Shown: positions 62,975 through 64,000 of the stretch, piece after piece
How positions within the stretch are numbered: position 1 is the stretch's first letter
Layout: every line of letters begins with the position of its first letter
Virus record (IMG/VR): IMGVR_UViG_3300049982_000337
Location: 11,097 to 75,096 of that record
Length of the DNA stretch: 64,000 nucleotides
Source: a virus
Taxonomy: Duplodnaviria > Caudoviricetes
Strand: one strand, 5' to 3'
Translations under genes and position numbers: made by a program
Notes under the pieces: generated by a model
Seen by the model: only the letters and a program-made list of their open reading frames with translations
Database searches by the model: none
What the model was told of the DNA's origin: nothing

Positions 62975-63160
62975 TCAGACCACGTCCCCACGTCCCAGGA
63001 AGATCGCCACCGCCACCGGCTGCGGTCCGACCTTCTCCACCGCCTCGCTGATCTCTTCTGGCGACGCGTCCAGCATGGCGCCGACCTGGCGCAGCTGTTT
63101 CTCGTCATCGACGTCGATCAGCTTGTGGGGGTCGAACGCTTTCTGCTTTTCGGGTCGCAT
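62975..63160 (-). CDS. DUF3606-domain small protein
   Basis: Start at ATG 63160: IDVDDEKQLRQVGAMLDASPEEISEAVEKVGPQPVAV. Confidence 0.75.
   Translation of the reverse strand: MRPEKQKAFDPHKLIDVDDEKQLRQVGAMLDASPEEISEAVEKVGPQPVAVAIFLGRGDVV
62994..63045. repeat. 52-bp direct repeat, copy 2 (inside the DUF3606 gene)
   Basis: Identical to 59263-59314. Confidence 0.95.
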
Positions 63161-63198
63161 GGCGATACTCCGCTGGGTCCGACATAAACCGTCGTGGC

Positions 63199-63612
63199 CT
63201 AGCTCCGTTCCGAAAGGTGGATCTTGCCGTCGTCGCCCAGGTGGACGGAGACGGGCGGGATGTTGACGATCCGGCCAGTTTGCCGCGCCGCCCAGAACTC
63301 GCGGCCGTCTTGCGCTGTCGCTCCGCCGGAGTACGCGCGAACCACCCGCCCACAGTCCGCCAGGATCGACGCCAGGGCTTCCGGGGAGAGGTCGGAGAAG
63401 CCGACGTTCAGGTACGACGTGACGCCCTCCGCATCCATCGCCTGCTCCCGCAACCGTGGTTCGCCCATGAAGTCCCGATCCAGGCTCGCGAACATCGCCT
63501 CGATATATCCCCGAGTGAAGGGATCGAGGTCGGACCAATACCAGCGGCGAGTGCGGATGCCCTCCGGCCGACCGTTCACGAAGCCCGACGTGTCGAACGC
63601 GAACTCGGTCAT
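63199..63612 (-). CDS. Hypothetical phage protein
   Basis: LDPFTRGYIEAMF...GFSDLSPEALASILADC; ATGA overlap. Confidence 0.65.
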   Translation of the reverse strand: MTEFAFDTSGFVNGRPEGIRTRRWYWSDLDPFTRGYIEAMFASLDRDFMGEPRLREQAMDAEGVTSYLNVGFSDLSPEALASILADCGRVVRAYSGGATAQDGREFWAARQTGRIVNIPPVSVHLGDDGKIHLSERS

Positions 63613-63797
63613 TGGTCGGCTCCTGAAGCTTGGAGGGCGGCGCGAGCTTGAAGATTCAGAGCCTTCGCCACGTCCTCGGCGAAGCTTGGCGGGCTCACCG
63701 TGAACAGGAAGCCGCTGCAGCTCTCGTGATGAACGGCCCCGTGCTCGGCGCGGTAAGGCCCGGCCTCGGCGACCTTGCTGTCAGAGGGGGAGGTCAC
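63609..63797 (-). CDS. Hypothetical phage protein
   Basis: GTG start at 63797 overlapping the upstream TGA. Confidence 0.5.
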   Translation of the reverse strand: MTSPSDSKVAEAGPYRAEHGAVHHESCSGFLFTVSPPSFAEDVAKALNLQARAALQASGADQ

Positions 63798-64000
63798 GAG
63801 ACCGGCTCCGGCGCGTAGGTAATCCGGCTGCTGGGGCGGTTGATCGTGGCGTCGATGGCGTGGGCCTCGGCTCCAGCGAACGAGTCGAACTCGTAGGGCT
63901 GATCGTAGTCGTCGCGCATCCACCCGCAGGCTTCGCTGGCGCATCCAGCATCCAGTGTGGCCAGCACGCGGAACTTGGGGCTGTGAGCGGGGGAGGACAT
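63794..64000 (-). CDS. Hypothetical phage protein
   Basis: Coupled small ORF at the window edge. Confidence 0.5.
   Translation of the reverse strand: MSSPAHSPKFRVLATLDAGCASEACGWMRDDYDQPYEFDSFAGAEAHAIDATINRPSSRITYAPEPVS

Larger units (their letters stand above)
59263..63045. mobile_element. Putative 3.7-kb serine-recombinase mini-element inserted in a DUF3606 gene
   Basis: Bounded by 52-bp direct repeats; contains a large serine recombinase, an XRE regulator and a PEP-CTERM cargo gene. Confidence 0.6.
1..64000. mobile_element. Temperate siphovirus-like prophage of an alphaproteobacterium (ends not visible in the window)
   Basis: Complete lambdoid gene order: leftward early genes, cI/cro with operators, replication, terminase-portal-capsid, tail-tape measure-fibre, lysis. 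Many 1-4 bp stop/start overlaps. Confidence 0.97.

Noticed and set aside
1-64000. CRISPR array, tRNA or rRNA genes
   Set aside because: No regularly spaced repeat-spacer units, cloverleaf with T-loop, or rRNA-like sequence was found by eye.

Overview
The whole 64 kb is a GC-rich temperate, long-tailed (siphovirus-like) prophage. Its host is almost certainly an alphaproteobacterium, probably Caulobacteraceae, inferred from GcrA-, SciP-, PEPxxWA-CTERM- and DUF3606-type genes. Left to right: (1) a leftward early operon (RecE-like exonuclease fragment, SciP-like, KGG peptide, N6-MTase); (2) a lambda-like immunity region with five 14-bp operators around a double-HTH repressor and Cro; (3) a rightward early operon (GapR-like, VRR-NUC, GcrA, a second GcrA-domain protein, helicase-MTase fusion, C5-MTase, TGT/DpdA-like enzyme, DnaB, YdaU initiator); (4) morons; (5) packaging and head genes (terS/terL, portal, MuF fused to an ADP-ribosyltransferase, scaffold, P22-type coat, and an embedded BCS1-like AAA ATPase); (6) tail genes with a -1 frameshift chaperone and a large multidomain tailspike; (7) a secreted beta-helix protein and an acyltransferase; (8) lysis genes; (9) an accessory right arm with a P63C-GNAT-small ORF cassette and a 3.7-kb serine-recombinase module bounded by 52-bp direct repeats. 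Best candidates for new biology: a phage-encoded set of host cell-cycle regulator mimics (SciP, GcrA x2, GapR-like), a stand-alone TGT/DpdA-like base-exchange enzyme among three methylases, the MuF-ART toxin with a candidate immunity gene, the BCS1-like translocase in the head operon, repeated GGAU-tetraloop leaders on the scaffold and capsid genes, and the recombinase mini-element. All family assignments come from motif recognition by eye; no database search was run. No prophage att ends, tRNAs or CRISPR arrays were seen.
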